Assembly (NCBI GenBank): GCA_002436415.1
Contig: DJMA01000012.1
Span: 26,345-90,344 of the forward strand
Length of the DNA: 64,000 bases
Direction: 5' to 3'
DNA from: Bdellovibrionaceae bacterium UBA6502
Lineage (GTDB): Bacteria > Bdellovibrionota > Bdellovibrionia > Bdellovibrionales > UBA840
Shown: positions 1 to 10,931 of the stretch, piece by piece
How positions within the stretch are numbered: the first letter of the stretch is position 1
Layout: every line of letters starts with the position of its first letter
Position numbers and translations under genes: made by a program
The notes under the pieces: model-generated
What the model was told of the DNA's origin: nothing
The model's database searches: none
What the model saw: only the letters and a program-made list of their open reading frames with translations

Positions 1-145
1 GTCTTGAAACAAATATTTGTTATCGGGCTTTTTATTATCCATAAAAACTGTTCGGGCCTCAAAAATAAAAGTTAAAGCTTTTATAAATCTTAACTTTTCA
101 TTGAGCATCCTTGAAGGATTAAATACGTTTCTTAAGGACCATGGA

Positions 146-484
146 CTAGCTAGACATCTTTTGCTTATGCCTATCTAACATTTTAAAGACTTGATCCGGC
201 GAGAATGGTTTTTCAAGATAGTCCCGCTCCTGCAACCCAGGAACTTCCTCGCCCGACATAATGCATAGGCTTAAATTGGGAGGTAAATCTCTAGAAAATT
301 CGATACCAAGGCCTTCTTTTAAATTGTTATCACAAATTACAAAATCAACTTTTTCTTGATTCTCTACAATAAACTTTTGCGCTTCAAAAAAATTAGTAAA
401 ACCCACCACCTGCAAGTCTTCTAACTCCAGCAAATCCGTTAAAGCACTCAGTAAATCTTCTTCGTCTTCAATAATAACATACAT
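146..484 (-). CDS. Stand-alone CheY-like response regulator receiver protein
   Basis: 112-aa ORF. REC hallmarks visible: acidic IIEDEED N-terminus, phospho-acceptor Asp in VDFVICD, Ser in CIMSG, Lys in LEKPF. Confidence 0.8.
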   Translation of the reverse strand: MYVIIEDEEDLLSALTDLLELEDLQVVGFTNFFEAQKFIVENQEKVDFVICDNNLKEGLGIEFSRDLPPNLSLCIMSGEEVPGLQERDYLEKPFSPDQVFKMLDRHKQKMSS

Positions 485-486
485 AA

Positions 487-804
487 CTAAGCACCACGTT
501 CGGATGTACCATCCATTTTCGTTTTATAATAACCAAAAACCTCATACAAACTATCAATGAACTTTGCATCAAACTTATCACTATGAAATTCAGTAATTTT
601 GTTAAGCGCCATTTTTGCTGGGTTGTCGTGCTCTTTAAAATCACGGAAACACAGATTAACAAACAAATCGACTAAGCCAACCACAGATGCCAAGGGCTGC
701 TTCGAAGGACTACTAATTTGATATTCTGCACCTGTATTTAACTCTTCATGATTATGATGATAGCTAACAATATTAAGAACCTCTGAGGAAACTCCTCCAA
801 GCTG
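487..804 (-). pseudogene. HD-GYP-type phosphohydrolase remnant (C-terminal half only)
   Basis: The frame stays open from the TAG stop of the upstream kinase. Translation LGGVSSEVLNIVSYHHNHEELNTGAEY...VVGLVDLFVN resembles the HHE/GYP half of HD-GYP domains. The N-terminal H..HD half and a credible start are absent; the ORF track recovers only 68 aa from a TTG. Confidence 0.35.
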
Positions 805-1512
805 CTACATAGAGACTAAAAGTCCATTTTCCCTATTTTCAATCTTAAAACTGACATAGTTGTGCTTACAAATGTACTCCACTAAACTCAAACCAGTCCC
901 ATTGTGTTCCAAGTTTTCTTGCAATTGAAAAAAAGGCTTTGTCACATAAAAATGCTGATCAAGTTCAATACCACCACCCTCATCCGCAATGGTGAAACGA
1001 TAAGCCGCTTTTTCTTTTTCTAGTTTTACAAATATTTTCTTAGCCGTGGCTTTATGATTGGCAATGATTGCATTTTCTAAAAGATGAAAAACCACACGTT
1101 CGAGAAACTGTGGATTCTCCCAAATCGTCGCTTCCTCGGTCCACGTCCAATTCTAGGACCTGTTCAATGCTATAAGCATTTTTAAGCTGGTTAAAAATCT
1201 CAGAAACAAAATTCTTAAACTTGATATTTTCTTTTTGCACAGAATGCTCTCGAGGATGTGCATAAGCGCGAAGATTATCGCTAATAAACTTCACCTTATC
1301 CTGACTGCTGCGTAACATTGAGATGATTTTTGTTACCGTGAGCTCGTCGAGCTTGCCCCTCTCTAACCTTGTCTCAAGGTTGCTCGCTGCCATATCTACA
1401 ATACCGATGGTGTTATTTAACTCATGAGCGATCAGCCCGCCAAGTAAGGCTAAATCTCCATCATATTCTCTTTTAAATCTGCTTCCTCTAGGGCCTTTTT
1501 CTTTTTCTTCAT
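805..1512 (-). pseudogene. Small cytoplasmic sensor histidine kinase (HisKA + HATPase_c) split by two frameshifts
   Basis: H-box LIAHELNNTIGIV (about 1400-1440) lies upstream of the first Met of ORF 1052..1393. Its frame is closed by a TAA just after MKKKKKALEEADLK, which is in another frame (shift in an A-run near 1465). A second shift near 1135 separates ...LELDVD from TEEATIWENPQFLERVVFHLLENAI. N-box LLENAI, G1 DEGGGI and G2 GTGLSL are intact in ORF 805..1095. Confidence 0.5.
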
Positions 1513-1587
1513 ATTTAGCTTTTCAGTAAAAGCCTTAGATAAGTCTAGGTTTTACCAAAACTAGTAGAAAAGAGTAAGATCCTGTCT

Positions 1588-1620
1588 CAAAACAAAATCC
1601 CTTGTGTCAACAGACAAGGG
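1588..1620 (-). terminator. Rho-independent terminator downstream of murJ
   Basis: Minus-strand hairpin CCCTTGT-loop-ACAAGGG followed by ATTTTGTTTTG. Confidence 0.55.
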
Positions 1621-1623
1621 CTC

Positions 1624-3246
1624 TTAACATTTCTTCGAAGGCCTGCGGCCTCTTCTTAGGCGATTTCTTAACTTCTGTAGCTCATCCGTCCCTAGAATTA
1701 ATGCCGCAATAAAATACACCACAATACAAACTAGAATCAAAGGAAGCACATTCCACCTAGAATCGGCTACAAGCTGATCTTCGATGAGTCGAAAATAAAG
1801 CAAGATAACACCTGCCATTAAGGCGGCCGCGAGAACACTTTTTAAAGTGGCCTTAAAAAATAAAGCCCAACGAAAACCTCTGAACTCTTTTTGATAAAGG
1901 GAAAACTGCACCACAAGATTAAAAAATCCGCTGATGGCTGTACTAATTGCTAAACCTTTTACTCCGTAATTTGTTACGAAATAGCTAACAATACTAATGT
2001 GTAATAACAAAGAGGAAAGCGTTCCCCCAATAGGCATCCAAACTTTTTGAGAGGCGTAAAAACAAACATTCACGATTCGAACGCTTGCAAATATTAGTAA
2101 GCTAAAGGCGTAAATCTGCACTACACTAGCGGTTTGCGCTGCGGAATAGGCGCTAAACTCACCTCTTTGAAAAATAAGCCGTACTAAATCTTCTCCTAGA
2201 AAAAATAAACCTACTCCAGCTGGCAAAGCGAGAAAGATCGTAAACTGCAGTTGCTTTTGAAATTCTAGACTAAACTTTTCATGATCATTCCTAGCCCAAA
2301 ACTCAGATAAGCTTGGCAACAATGCCGAAGCAAAACTAACGGCGATCAAACTTAGTGGTAGCTCTAGTAATCGATCCGCATAATAGATCCAAGAGTTGGC
2401 GCCGTTTTCAATGGTGGAAGCAAAATACACATTCACCATGTTTGTGATTTGTAAAACTCCCATGGACAAAAAGGCTGGTGTGGAGTTTTTAAAAACCGCT
2501 TTTACCTCGGGGCTAAATACATAGCTTTGTAACTTAGGTATTAATCCCAACTTTTTAATCGCAGGCACTAAAAAAGCCATCTGCAAAAAACCACCAATCA
2601 AGGCCATCCAACTTAAGCCTTCCCCTGGAATTTCAAAAATAGAATCGGGAAGTAGACAAGCAATGATCAAAGAAAGATTTAGTAAAGCAGGGGCAAAAGC
2701 TGCTCCAAAAAACTTCTTACGGCTATTTAGAAGCGCCATAAAAAACGCGAACATACAAATGAACAACAAGAAAAAAGACATAATCCGCAGAAAGCGAATA
2801 CTATAGGCCATCTTTCCAGCAATGGAAGTAAAGGCCTCCCCGCCCGCAATTACATGTAAAATTTGAGGAGCGAAAATAAAACAGATGATAGAAAAAAAGC
2901 CTAGCAGTAAAAACAAAAAGCTAAACAGCTGATTGATCAGCTGCTTTTCAGCCTCAGGCCCTCCAGACTCTCTGGTTTTCACCAAAATAGGCAAAAAGCT
3001 TAATGTTAGAGCACCTTCGCCAAATAACCTACGAAATAGGTTTGGAATTCGAAATGCAACTAGCCAAGCATCTGTAATTACAGTACTAAAGCTTGCTGCG
3101 ACGAGAATATCACGCACTAGGCCTAAGACACGACTCCCTAGGGTTCCTAGGGCCATTTTAATTGCGGAGAACAGTACGCTGCTGGATCCTTGAACTTTTT
3201 TCACTTCATCTCCATCTTGATGTGATAAGTATCTTGCACACTTCAA
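1624..3246 (-). CDS. murJ: Lipid II flippase MurJ (MviN family)
   Basis: 540-aa polytopic membrane ORF with an N-terminal SRVLGLVRDILVAASFS motif typical of MurJ. The true start is probably the in-frame GTG (VKKVQGSSSVLFSAIK...) near 3200 rather than 3246. Confidence 0.85.
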   Translation of the reverse strand: MKCARYLSHQDGDEVKKVQGSSSVLFSAIKMALGTLGSRVLGLVRDILVAASFSTVITDAWLVAFRIPNLFRRLFGEGALTLSFLPILVKTRESGGPEAEKQLINQLFSFLFLLLGFFSIICFIFAPQILHVIAGGEAFTSIAGKMAYSIRFLRIMSFFLLFICMFAFFMALLNSRKKFFGAAFAPALLNLSLIIACLLPDSIFEIPGEGLSWMALIGGFLQMAFLVPAIKKLGLIPKLQSYVFSPEVKAVFKNSTPAFLSMGVLQITNMVNVYFASTIENGANSWIYYADRLLELPLSLIAVSFASALLPSLSEFWARNDHEKFSLEFQKQLQFTIFLALPAGVGLFFLGEDLVRLIFQRGEFSAYSAAQTASVVQIYAFSLLIFASVRIVNVCFYASQKVWMPIGGTLSSLLLHISIVSYFVTNYGVKGLAISTAISGFFNLVVQFSLYQKEFRGFRWALFFKATLKSVLAAALMAGVILLYFRLIEDQLVADSRWNVLPLILVCIVVYFIAALILGTDELQKLRNRLRRGRRPSKKC

Positions 3247-3301
3247 TAAGCCATGATAGATACATCCCTTCAGTAAATAGGATATTCCTGGAGGTTATAA
3301 G

Positions 3302-3562
3302 TTGGCAAACCATAAGTCTGCTGCAAAGCGCGCAAAACAAGACGTAAAGAAAGCAGAAAGAAACTCTCGTACTAAAAAGACGGTTAGAACTTTCGAAAAG
3401 AAATTAAGAACTGCTATCTCTGAAAACGACAAAAGCGCTGCTGAAACTTTACTTGTTTCTTACACTAGCAAATTAGACAAAGCTGCTTCTAAAGGTGTGA
3501 TTCACAGAAATCAGGCTAGCAGAAAAACAAGCCGTCTAATGAAACAAGTTTCAGCGTTATAA
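3302..3562 (+). CDS. rpsT: 30S ribosomal protein S20
   Basis: MANHKSAAKRAKQDVKKAERN... is the canonical S20 N-terminus. TTG start, 86 aa. Confidence 0.95.
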   Translation: MANHKSAAKRAKQDVKKAERNSRTKKTVRTFEKKLRTAISENDKSAAETLLVSYTSKLDKAASKGVIHRNQASRKTSRLMKQVSAL

Positions 3563-3587
3563 TTGCGATTTGAAACTAGATTTTTCA

Positions 3588-3620
3588 ATGTGACTTAAGT
3601 AATTGCTTAAGTCACATTTT
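3588..3620. terminator. Bidirectional hairpin terminator between rpsT and the PilZ gene
   Basis: TGTGACTTAAG-taattg-CTTAAGTCACA with a T-run after it and an A/T-run before it. Confidence 0.6.
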
Positions 3621-3998
3621 CTATTTGTGCATTCTCAGGATTTGGGCGCTATGAGACTTTTTCTCAAAATCCGCTTCTGCCTGAGTTTTCTCAGCGATAA
3701 AATCACGAATTCTTCGACGGTTTTCAAAAGCAAGATCTACAAATTCAATACCATAACGAAAACCCTCATGATCATGACGGGTATTGCGCACGTTCGCCTG
3801 AATCACCACAAAGCCATGATTTGGTACACGAAAACTCACCAACAGACGGTTCTCTTCGCTAATCTCGGCATCGATGTGAAACATCATTCCACCCTCGCCG
3901 ATTTCAACGCCAACGCCTGTATAGTAAAGTCCTTTGCTTAAAACTCCCACGCTACTTTCAAAAATACGCCGAGGAAATTTTCTCTTTTCTTTGCTCAT
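3621..3998 (-). CDS. PilZ domain protein (c-di-GMP binding type)
   Basis: 125 aa. An RKFPRR (RxxxR) motif is followed by the EIGEGGMMF (D/NxSxxG-like) motif. Confidence 0.7.
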   Translation of the reverse strand: MSKEKRKFPRRIFESSVGVLSKGLYYTGVGVEIGEGGMMFHIDAEISEENRLLVSFRVPNHGFVVIQANVRNTRHDHEGFRYGIEFVDLAFENRRRIRDFIAEKTQAEADFEKKSHSAQILRMHK

Positions 3999-4089
3999 AG
4001 TTCTTTATCGACAAAAATAGCACAAGCTTAAAAAGACGAGGCCATAGCCTAGATCTTTCGCATCAGAATGAGTCATTCAAAGAATTCAA

Positions 4090-5094
4090 TTAATTACGAC
4101 AGATTTTTATTACGAAGTTTTCGATCCATAGAGATGATTTCAGAGGACTGCTTTTTAAGGCCTTATCTGTTAGCGCCAGGGCATGAATGCTTGCCTGTAG
4201 CTTTGGCTCTGGCCAGAGTTTAGCTTGCTCAATATAATCCTTTGTGAAAAAAGGAGGCAGTCTTAGGGCCTTTGCGATTGCAAAACGATCCTCTCCCCTG
4301 CTTAGAAGTTCTTTGGTGATATACAAGTTTTGTAGATGTCGGTTCAAAAGACTTAAAATCCCCACTTCACTTTGGCCCTGGGCCTTCAGGCTTTTTAGAC
4401 TCTCTAAGGCTTTCCAACGTTGGTTTTTACCTACCCAATTTGTGAAATCGAAAACACTATCTTGCTTAGTCTTTGCCAAAACCTCAGTAACTACTTCGGT
4501 ATTTACCAGAGACTGAGAGTCGCCTAAGAATAGCTTAAGCTTAGTCACCGCGTCTTTTAAATCAGCTAATTTTCCACCAACCAACTCGAAGACTAGGTTG
4601 TTTGCATCTGGTTCGATTTGCAAGCTTTCCGCTTTGATAAACTTATTAATCCACTTTGAAATTTCATTGGGAAAAGGACTGTAATACCGAACGCTTTGGC
4701 AATGCTTCTGCAGCTTCGTATAAAATGCCTTTTTAAAATCCATCTCAATGGCAGTGATCAACAAGAAAGTCGTTTCTGGAAGCTTTTCTAAGATACTAAG
4801 TAATTTATCTTGGTCCGCTTTTTTAAAGTCTTTATTGATCTGCAGTCGAACAACACGGTATTTGGCCATCATTGGCAAAGTGTCACAAAGATCCTGAAGC
4901 TCGACGAGATTCACATTGTCACTGAAGAAAGAATTAAAGTTAAACTCTTCTATCGCTCCATCGAGAGCGCGATTTACCAACTGATCGGCCTGCTCATCTA
5001 TTAGAAATTTTTCTTCACCAAAGAGAAAAACAAGGTTTGAGATTTCATTTTTTTTCACCAAAGCACTAAATTCTGCCGGTTTTAAAACTGCCAT
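4090..5094 (-). CDS. holA: DNA polymerase III delta subunit
   Basis: 334 aa. N-terminal LVFLFGEEKFLIDE and overall delta-subunit architecture. Conserved lptE-holA synteny with a 1-nt TAATG overlap. Confidence 0.8.
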   Translation of the reverse strand: MAVLKPAEFSALVKKNEISNLVFLFGEEKFLIDEQADQLVNRALDGAIEEFNFNSFFSDNVNLVELQDLCDTLPMMAKYRVVRLQINKDFKKADQDKLLSILEKLPETTFLLITAIEMDFKKAFYTKLQKHCQSVRYYSPFPNEISKWINKFIKAESLQIEPDANNLVFELVGGKLADLKDAVTKLKLFLGDSQSLVNTEVVTEVLAKTKQDSVFDFTNWVGKNQRWKALESLKSLKAQGQSEVGILSLLNRHLQNLYITKELLSRGEDRFAIAKALRLPPFFTKDYIEQAKLWPEPKLQASIHALALTDKALKSSPLKSSLWIENFVIKICRN

Positions 5095-5651
5095 TAAAAT
5101 GCCTCCGTCATACGGGTAAAGGCCTCTTCCATAACTTGTTTACTCAAAACACGGAGACTATAGTTTTTTGCACTGTAATCATAGACAGGGTTGGAGCTAT
5201 TTAAATCACTGCCACCAATTTGCGCTGCCGGAGTGGTTTTCTCTCCCGTAAACACAGAAGACCAAATCACCCTTTTATCAGTAACCCTACGCAGCCTAAT
5301 CTCAACGATTACGCTGGTTTTGTAGTTTAAATTTAAGATGGTGTTGTCAGGTAACTCCGTCTTCTCACTAGGAGTAACCGTACCCTGAGGATCATGGGAA
5401 ATTTTAATCACACTTCCCTCTAAGACTAAGTCCGCTCTTTCTTGTTTTACAACATTTAAAAAATCGGCCCGAATCATTTCAGCGAGCATCGAATTTGTAA
5501 AATAAGTCTCTGCCCCCGGCTCACTCGAAGCATTCTTAAAAGTTGGAACAGCAATCTTTTTAAAACCACCAGGTAAACTACGCCTAGTGTTTCCAACTTG
5601 ATAAGCACAGGAAAGTAAAAATACTGAAAGGATCAAAAGAACTTTACTCAT
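5094..5651 (-). CDS. lptE: LptE-like LPS-assembly lipoprotein
   Basis: 185 aa. Lipobox LLSC|A; position immediately upstream of holA as in many Gram-negatives. Confidence 0.55.
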   Translation of the reverse strand: MSKVLLILSVFLLSCAYQVGNTRRSLPGGFKKIAVPTFKNASSEPGAETYFTNSMLAEMIRADFLNVVKQERADLVLEGSVIKISHDPQGTVTPSEKTELPDNTILNLNYKTSVIVEIRLRRVTDKRVIWSSVFTGEKTTPAAQIGGSDLNSSNPVYDYSAKNYSLRVLSKQVMEEAFTRMTEAF

Positions 5652-5913
5652 GCCCTGGTTCTATCAAAGCTCTTTGCCAGAAGTCACTGATTACTTTTTA
5701 AGCTCCCAAGAAAGTAGCTGAAAAACACTGAGTCAAAAGGTCGATGACTAGCTTTTATGCAAAAAAATAAGCCCTGGGCCTTCCTCTTCAGAAAAATAAA
5801 ATTTCATAAAAATAATAAGATAGAAAAAAGCCAATATAAAATAAAGCATCTCTATGATAGATTTGAAAAAAACTAAGGGCTAAACTTTCCAGTGGCCCTT
5901 CATTGAGGAAATT

Positions 5914-7056
5914 ATGTCTGATTCAAATCGTCCCCTATTGGTTGCCCCAGGCCCTGTTGAAATTCCAGAAGTGGCATTAAAGGCCTTTGGCAGTGATATT
6001 ATTCATCATCGTACCCCTGAGTTTACAAAGTCTTTAGTCTCCGCAAGAAAGCTTTTAAAAAAGACCATAAACACCGATCGAGAAGTTTATATGTTTTGCT
6101 CTACTGGCTCCGGCGCTATGGAAGCAGCGGTGGTAAATTTTTTAAATCCAGGAGAACAGAGCTTAGTGGTTGTAAGTGGAAAATTTGGGCAACGCTGGGC
6201 AGATATGCTAAAAATCTATGGTGCCAATGTTGATCTTATCTTACTTGAAAATGGCGACTCTCTTTCTCTAGATCAATTACAAGACAAACTAAAATCGAAA
6301 CAATATCATTCTGTATTCTGCCAAATGTGTGAAACCTCCACAGGAGCATATCACCCCGTTGAACAAATGGGCCCTTTAATCAAAGAACACCAAAAAGACT
6401 GTTTGTTCATAGTCGATGGCATCACTGGCCTTCTTACCAAAGAATTAGACTTAGAGGCTTGCAAAATTGACGTAATGATCGCAGGTAGCCAGAAAGCCTT
6501 TATGCTTCCTAGTGGAATGAGCTTTTTATGGATGAGCGAGTTAGCAGAAAAAAAGTGCGAAATTGCAACTTGTCCAAGATACTATTGGGATCTTCGAAAA
6601 GAGAAAAAGGCCATTCAAAAAGATCAAACGGCATTTTCTAGCGCTGTAAATTTGGTTTTTGCGCTAGAAGCAGCGCTGAAATACATTTTAGAAAAAGGCT
6701 TAGACCAGCACTTTGCAGAAATCCGTTGGCGAGCAAACACCTGTAGAGAAATGTTGAAAGCATTAGGACTACAAGTACTCGCAAAAAATCCCGCCCCAGC
6801 CCTTACGGCTATTTGCATGCCAGAAAACATAGATGGGAAAGTCTTAAGGCAAAAAATTGAAGACGACTGTCGAATTGTTTTCATGGGTGGCCAAGATGAA
6901 CTATCAGGAAAGATCATTCGCATAGGACATATCGGTGACCTCAGCCGTGAGGAATACCTTCACGCCCTAAAAACTTTTGCCAGCGAGTATATGAGCTTTA
7001 CCGGAGCTTATACGGATGATCAACAACAACAAATCTTGTCAGGCATAATCTCATGA
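5914..7056 (+). CDS. Class V PLP aminotransferase (serine-pyruvate / archaeal-type phosphoserine aminotransferase family)
   Basis: 380 aa. AGSQKAF PLP-lysine motif. 4-nt overlap with the downstream serA-like gene suggests a serine-pathway pair. Confidence 0.75.
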   Translation: MSDSNRPLLVAPGPVEIPEVALKAFGSDIIHHRTPEFTKSLVSARKLLKKTINTDREVYMFCSTGSGAMEAAVVNFLNPGEQSLVVVSGKFGQRWADMLKIYGANVDLILLENGDSLSLDQLQDKLKSKQYHSVFCQMCETSTGAYHPVEQMGPLIKEHQKDCLFIVDGITGLLTKELDLEACKIDVMIAGSQKAFMLPSGMSFLWMSELAEKKCEIATCPRYYWDLRKEKKAIQKDQTAFSSAVNLVFALEAALKYILEKGLDQHFAEIRWRANTCREMLKALGLQVLAKNPAPALTAICMPENIDGKVLRQKIEDDCRIVFMGGQDELSGKIIRIGHIGDLSREEYLHALKTFASEYMSFTGAYTDDQQQQILSGIIS

Positions 7057-8036
7057 GTAATTCAAAAATTAAAATACTTATTTTAGATCGCTTTGATCAA
7101 ACCGAGTACCTCTCTCTTCGTAGCCAAAATTGCTACGAAATTAAAATGGGTAAAGAAAAAATGACCCCAGAGGACTATAAAAGCGCTCAAGCCATCGTAA
7201 TTCGTTCTACCACTAAAATCACGGCAAGTTTTTTAGAGCAGTGTGCAAACTTAAAACTCATTATTTCCACCACCAGTGGCTTTGATCACATTGACCTAGA
7301 GGCTTGTGCGAACAAAGGAATTAAAGCCTACTTCACACCCTCTGCGAATATGGCGGCAGCTTCGGAACTCTGCTTCACTTTAATTTCTAATTTAAGTAAA
7401 AACTTTTTAGCTAGCCAAAAACTAATTCGCTCAGGCTCTTGGAAGAGAGAATTGATTTTAGGAAATGAGTTAGAAGGAAAAAAATTAGGCATAGTGGGCT
7501 TCGGTCGTATAGGCTCACGAGTAAACCGAATTGCTAAAGCATTTGGAATGAGCACCATGGCCTACGATCCTTATCTTGACCCTGAAAACCACAAAGAGGA
7601 AGTAGAACTATTGGGTTTTGAAGAGATCTTGAGGTCTTCAGACATTATCACAATTCACGTGCCTATGACTCGTTATACAAAACGGATGTTTCGTAAAAAC
7701 CAATTTGAATCTATGCAAGAGCACGCACTCTTGATTAATTGCTCTAGAGGGAATGTGGTTTCTGAAGAAGAAATGTTAACCGCCTTAGACGAAAATAAAT
7801 TTAAGGCAGCTGCTTTAGATGTATTTGAGCGTGAACCGGTTGACCCAGAATCAAGAATCGCCAATCACCCAAGGATCCTATGTAGTCCGCATATTGGAGG
7901 AGCTACTTTTGAAAGTCAGGCAAAAGCAGCAAAATGCGCTCGAAAAATTTTGGATGCTTTTTTCCTCGAAAACACTTTACCACAAGACGGAGCTTTACCA
8001 CCTAAGGCTGCCTGGTTTAGCGAGCAAATCATTTAA
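7053..8036 (+). CDS. serA: D-3-phosphoglycerate dehydrogenase-like 2-hydroxyacid dehydrogenase
   Basis: 327 aa. NAD fold GIVGFGRIGSRV; catalytic-region motifs CSRGNVV and SPHIGGAT. Confidence 0.7.
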   Translation: MSNSKIKILILDRFDQTEYLSLRSQNCYEIKMGKEKMTPEDYKSAQAIVIRSTTKITASFLEQCANLKLIISTTSGFDHIDLEACANKGIKAYFTPSANMAAASELCFTLISNLSKNFLASQKLIRSGSWKRELILGNELEGKKLGIVGFGRIGSRVNRIAKAFGMSTMAYDPYLDPENHKEEVELLGFEEILRSSDIITIHVPMTRYTKRMFRKNQFESMQEHALLINCSRGNVVSEEEMLTALDENKFKAAALDVFEREPVDPESRIANHPRILCSPHIGGATFESQAKAAKCARKILDAFFLENTLPQDGALPPKAAWFSEQII

Positions 8037-8142
8037 ACTGGCGAGCGATCAAGCAATTCTATTTTAACAAGGGCCAATGCTTTTTCTGCATCGCCCTGAA
8101 AGCCATTTAATTTGCGTTTTTAACCTCTTTCTCAAAGCTTAA

Positions 8143-9498
<1,356 letters not shown>

Positions 9499-9514
9499 AA
9501 ATTGATTGCTCTGA

Positions 9515-9550
9515 AAAACAAAAGCCCAAATAAATATTTGGGCTTTTTCT
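9515..9550. terminator. Bidirectional terminator between purA and the MCP gene
   Basis: AAAGCCCAAATA / TATTTGGGCTTT stem flanked by A- and T-runs. Confidence 0.6.
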
Positions 9551-9566
9551 ATTTTGTCCTTAGTTA

Positions 9567-10931
9567 TTAGGCCGCTTCGTCATTTTTCTGGACACCACTT
9601 TTAGTGTCTTCCACAAGCTTAGCTAGCTTTAAAGACGAGGCCTTGCCACTCCCGGCAAGCTCTTGAACTTTCTGAGTGATATTATCGTTTTCAGCACTAG
9701 CTCTTTTCAACATATCTAAGGCTGTATTAAACTGCGTAAAGCTTTCTAGGAAATAGTGATTTCTCTCACCCACACGACTAACAATGCTATTTACCTCACC
9801 CAATCTAGAAAAAAGCTGATTAAATTGTTTGTGGGTCGAATCTGTGGTTGTCACGGCATTTTCAACTCGACTCTGAATTTGTGAAACTATTTGGTTCACC
9901 TTTCCACCTGAGTTCTCCAGAAGGTTTTGAATCTCTTTAGAAGCGGTTCCACTGCTTAATGCTAAGCTACCTACTTCCTCAGCCACTACCGCAAAACCAC
10001 GTCCATGTTGACCAGCTCTGGCGGCCTCAATGGATGCATTGAAAGACAGTAGTTGTGTTTTAAAAACTATGTCATTAATCACACTGAGTTTATCACTCAT
10101 CTGAGACATGATGTCCTCGATCTCCCCTAAACTTTTAACAGAGTTGCTAATATCTGCCATATTCTCTGACATTTGGGTCATTGAGTTCATGGCGCTTTGA
10201 GATTGTTCCTGAACCTCGGAAACAATTTGAATCGATTCATTTAATTCTTCTGTGTTACTTTCCACTTTTAACTGTACGTCATTAATCCCCGAGCTCATTT
10301 CTGCCGTGGAAGCTAAATGTTCTTGAGTCAAAGCCGCTAAACTTCTTACAGAATCATCCAAATGGCTTGAGTCCTTTTGATTTTGTTTAGCCAGTTGCTC
10401 TAGAATTAACAAACTATTTCCCTGAGAAACAATTAACTTTCCAAACATATGACCAATAAAAAGCAAACCGATATCCTCTGCCACCACAAAAGCGGCATGA
10501 AGAAGAACAATGGCAAAACTTGCTTGGTAATTAAATATACTTTCAGGAAGTAAAAAGAAAAAACCCAAATGATGAACTACAACGGTCACTGTTGCGGCAA
10601 GAATTGGTGTTTTCAAACCAAATAGTGTTAGAGTGGCAAGGAAAACAAAAATATGAAAATGCATTTCAATCATGCCTTTGCCTAAATGAATCAACAGACC
10701 GCTAAAAAATATTCCAGCGACCGCCATGACAGAAGCCGTTAAGTTGCTCTCTTTATTGCTAAAGTAAGCTAAACTTGGGCCTATCAAAATTAATAGACTA
10801 AAAACTAAGGCTTGCCGAATTGAGGTCTCAAAAAAGTAGGCGGCCATTAACATAATGGGCAAGTGACAAATGAGAGCAATGTAAAAGTATCGATTCATTC
10901 GTGCATTGTAGATTTGTCTTAAATCAGTCAT
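9567..10931 (-). CDS. Methyl-accepting chemotaxis protein with a His-rich multi-TM N-terminal module
   Basis: 454 aa. Signalling hairpin EAARAGQHGRGFAVVAEEV. The N-terminal ~170 aa are hydrophobic helices containing at least 8 His. Confidence 0.85.
   Translation of the reverse strand: MTDLRQIYNARMNRYFYIALICHLPIMLMAAYFFETSIRQALVFSLLILIGPSLAYFSNKESNLTASVMAVAGIFFSGLLIHLGKGMIEMHFHIFVFLATLTLFGLKTPILAATVTVVVHHLGFFFLLPESIFNYQASFAIVLLHAAFVVAEDIGLLFIGHMFGKLIVSQGNSLLILEQLAKQNQKDSSHLDDSVRSLAALTQEHLASTAEMSSGINDVQLKVESNTEELNESIQIVSEVQEQSQSAMNSMTQMSENMADISNSVKSLGEIEDIMSQMSDKLSVINDIVFKTQLLSFNASIEAARAGQHGRGFAVVAEEVGSLALSSGTASKEIQNLLENSGGKVNQIVSQIQSRVENAVTTTDSTHKQFNQLFSRLGEVNSIVSRVGERNHYFLESFTQFNTALDMLKRASAENDNITQKVQELAGSGKASSLKLAKLVEDTKSGVQKNDEAA

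Noticed and set aside
3151-3170. GGCCATTTTAATTGCGGAGA inside murJ matches the element TIR at 16/19 positions.
   Set aside because: On the coding strand it encodes SAIKMAL, which aligns with the conserved MurJ N-terminus. There is no partner repeat ~140 bp away. Treated as a chance or codon-driven resemblance.
2933-3941. Antisense or shadow ORFs (2933..3193, 3162..3347, 3603..3941) opposite murJ, rpsT and PilZ. Analogous shadow ORFs occur throughout the window, for example 4244..4516, 6624..6923, 13062..13286, 21827..22042, 23902..24258, 31168..31434, 45363..45545 and 53094..53309.
   Set aside because: Each lies entirely within a longer ORF with clear family motifs on the other strand or frame. 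Their translations are low-complexity with no SD. Typical shadow ORFs of AT-rich DNA.
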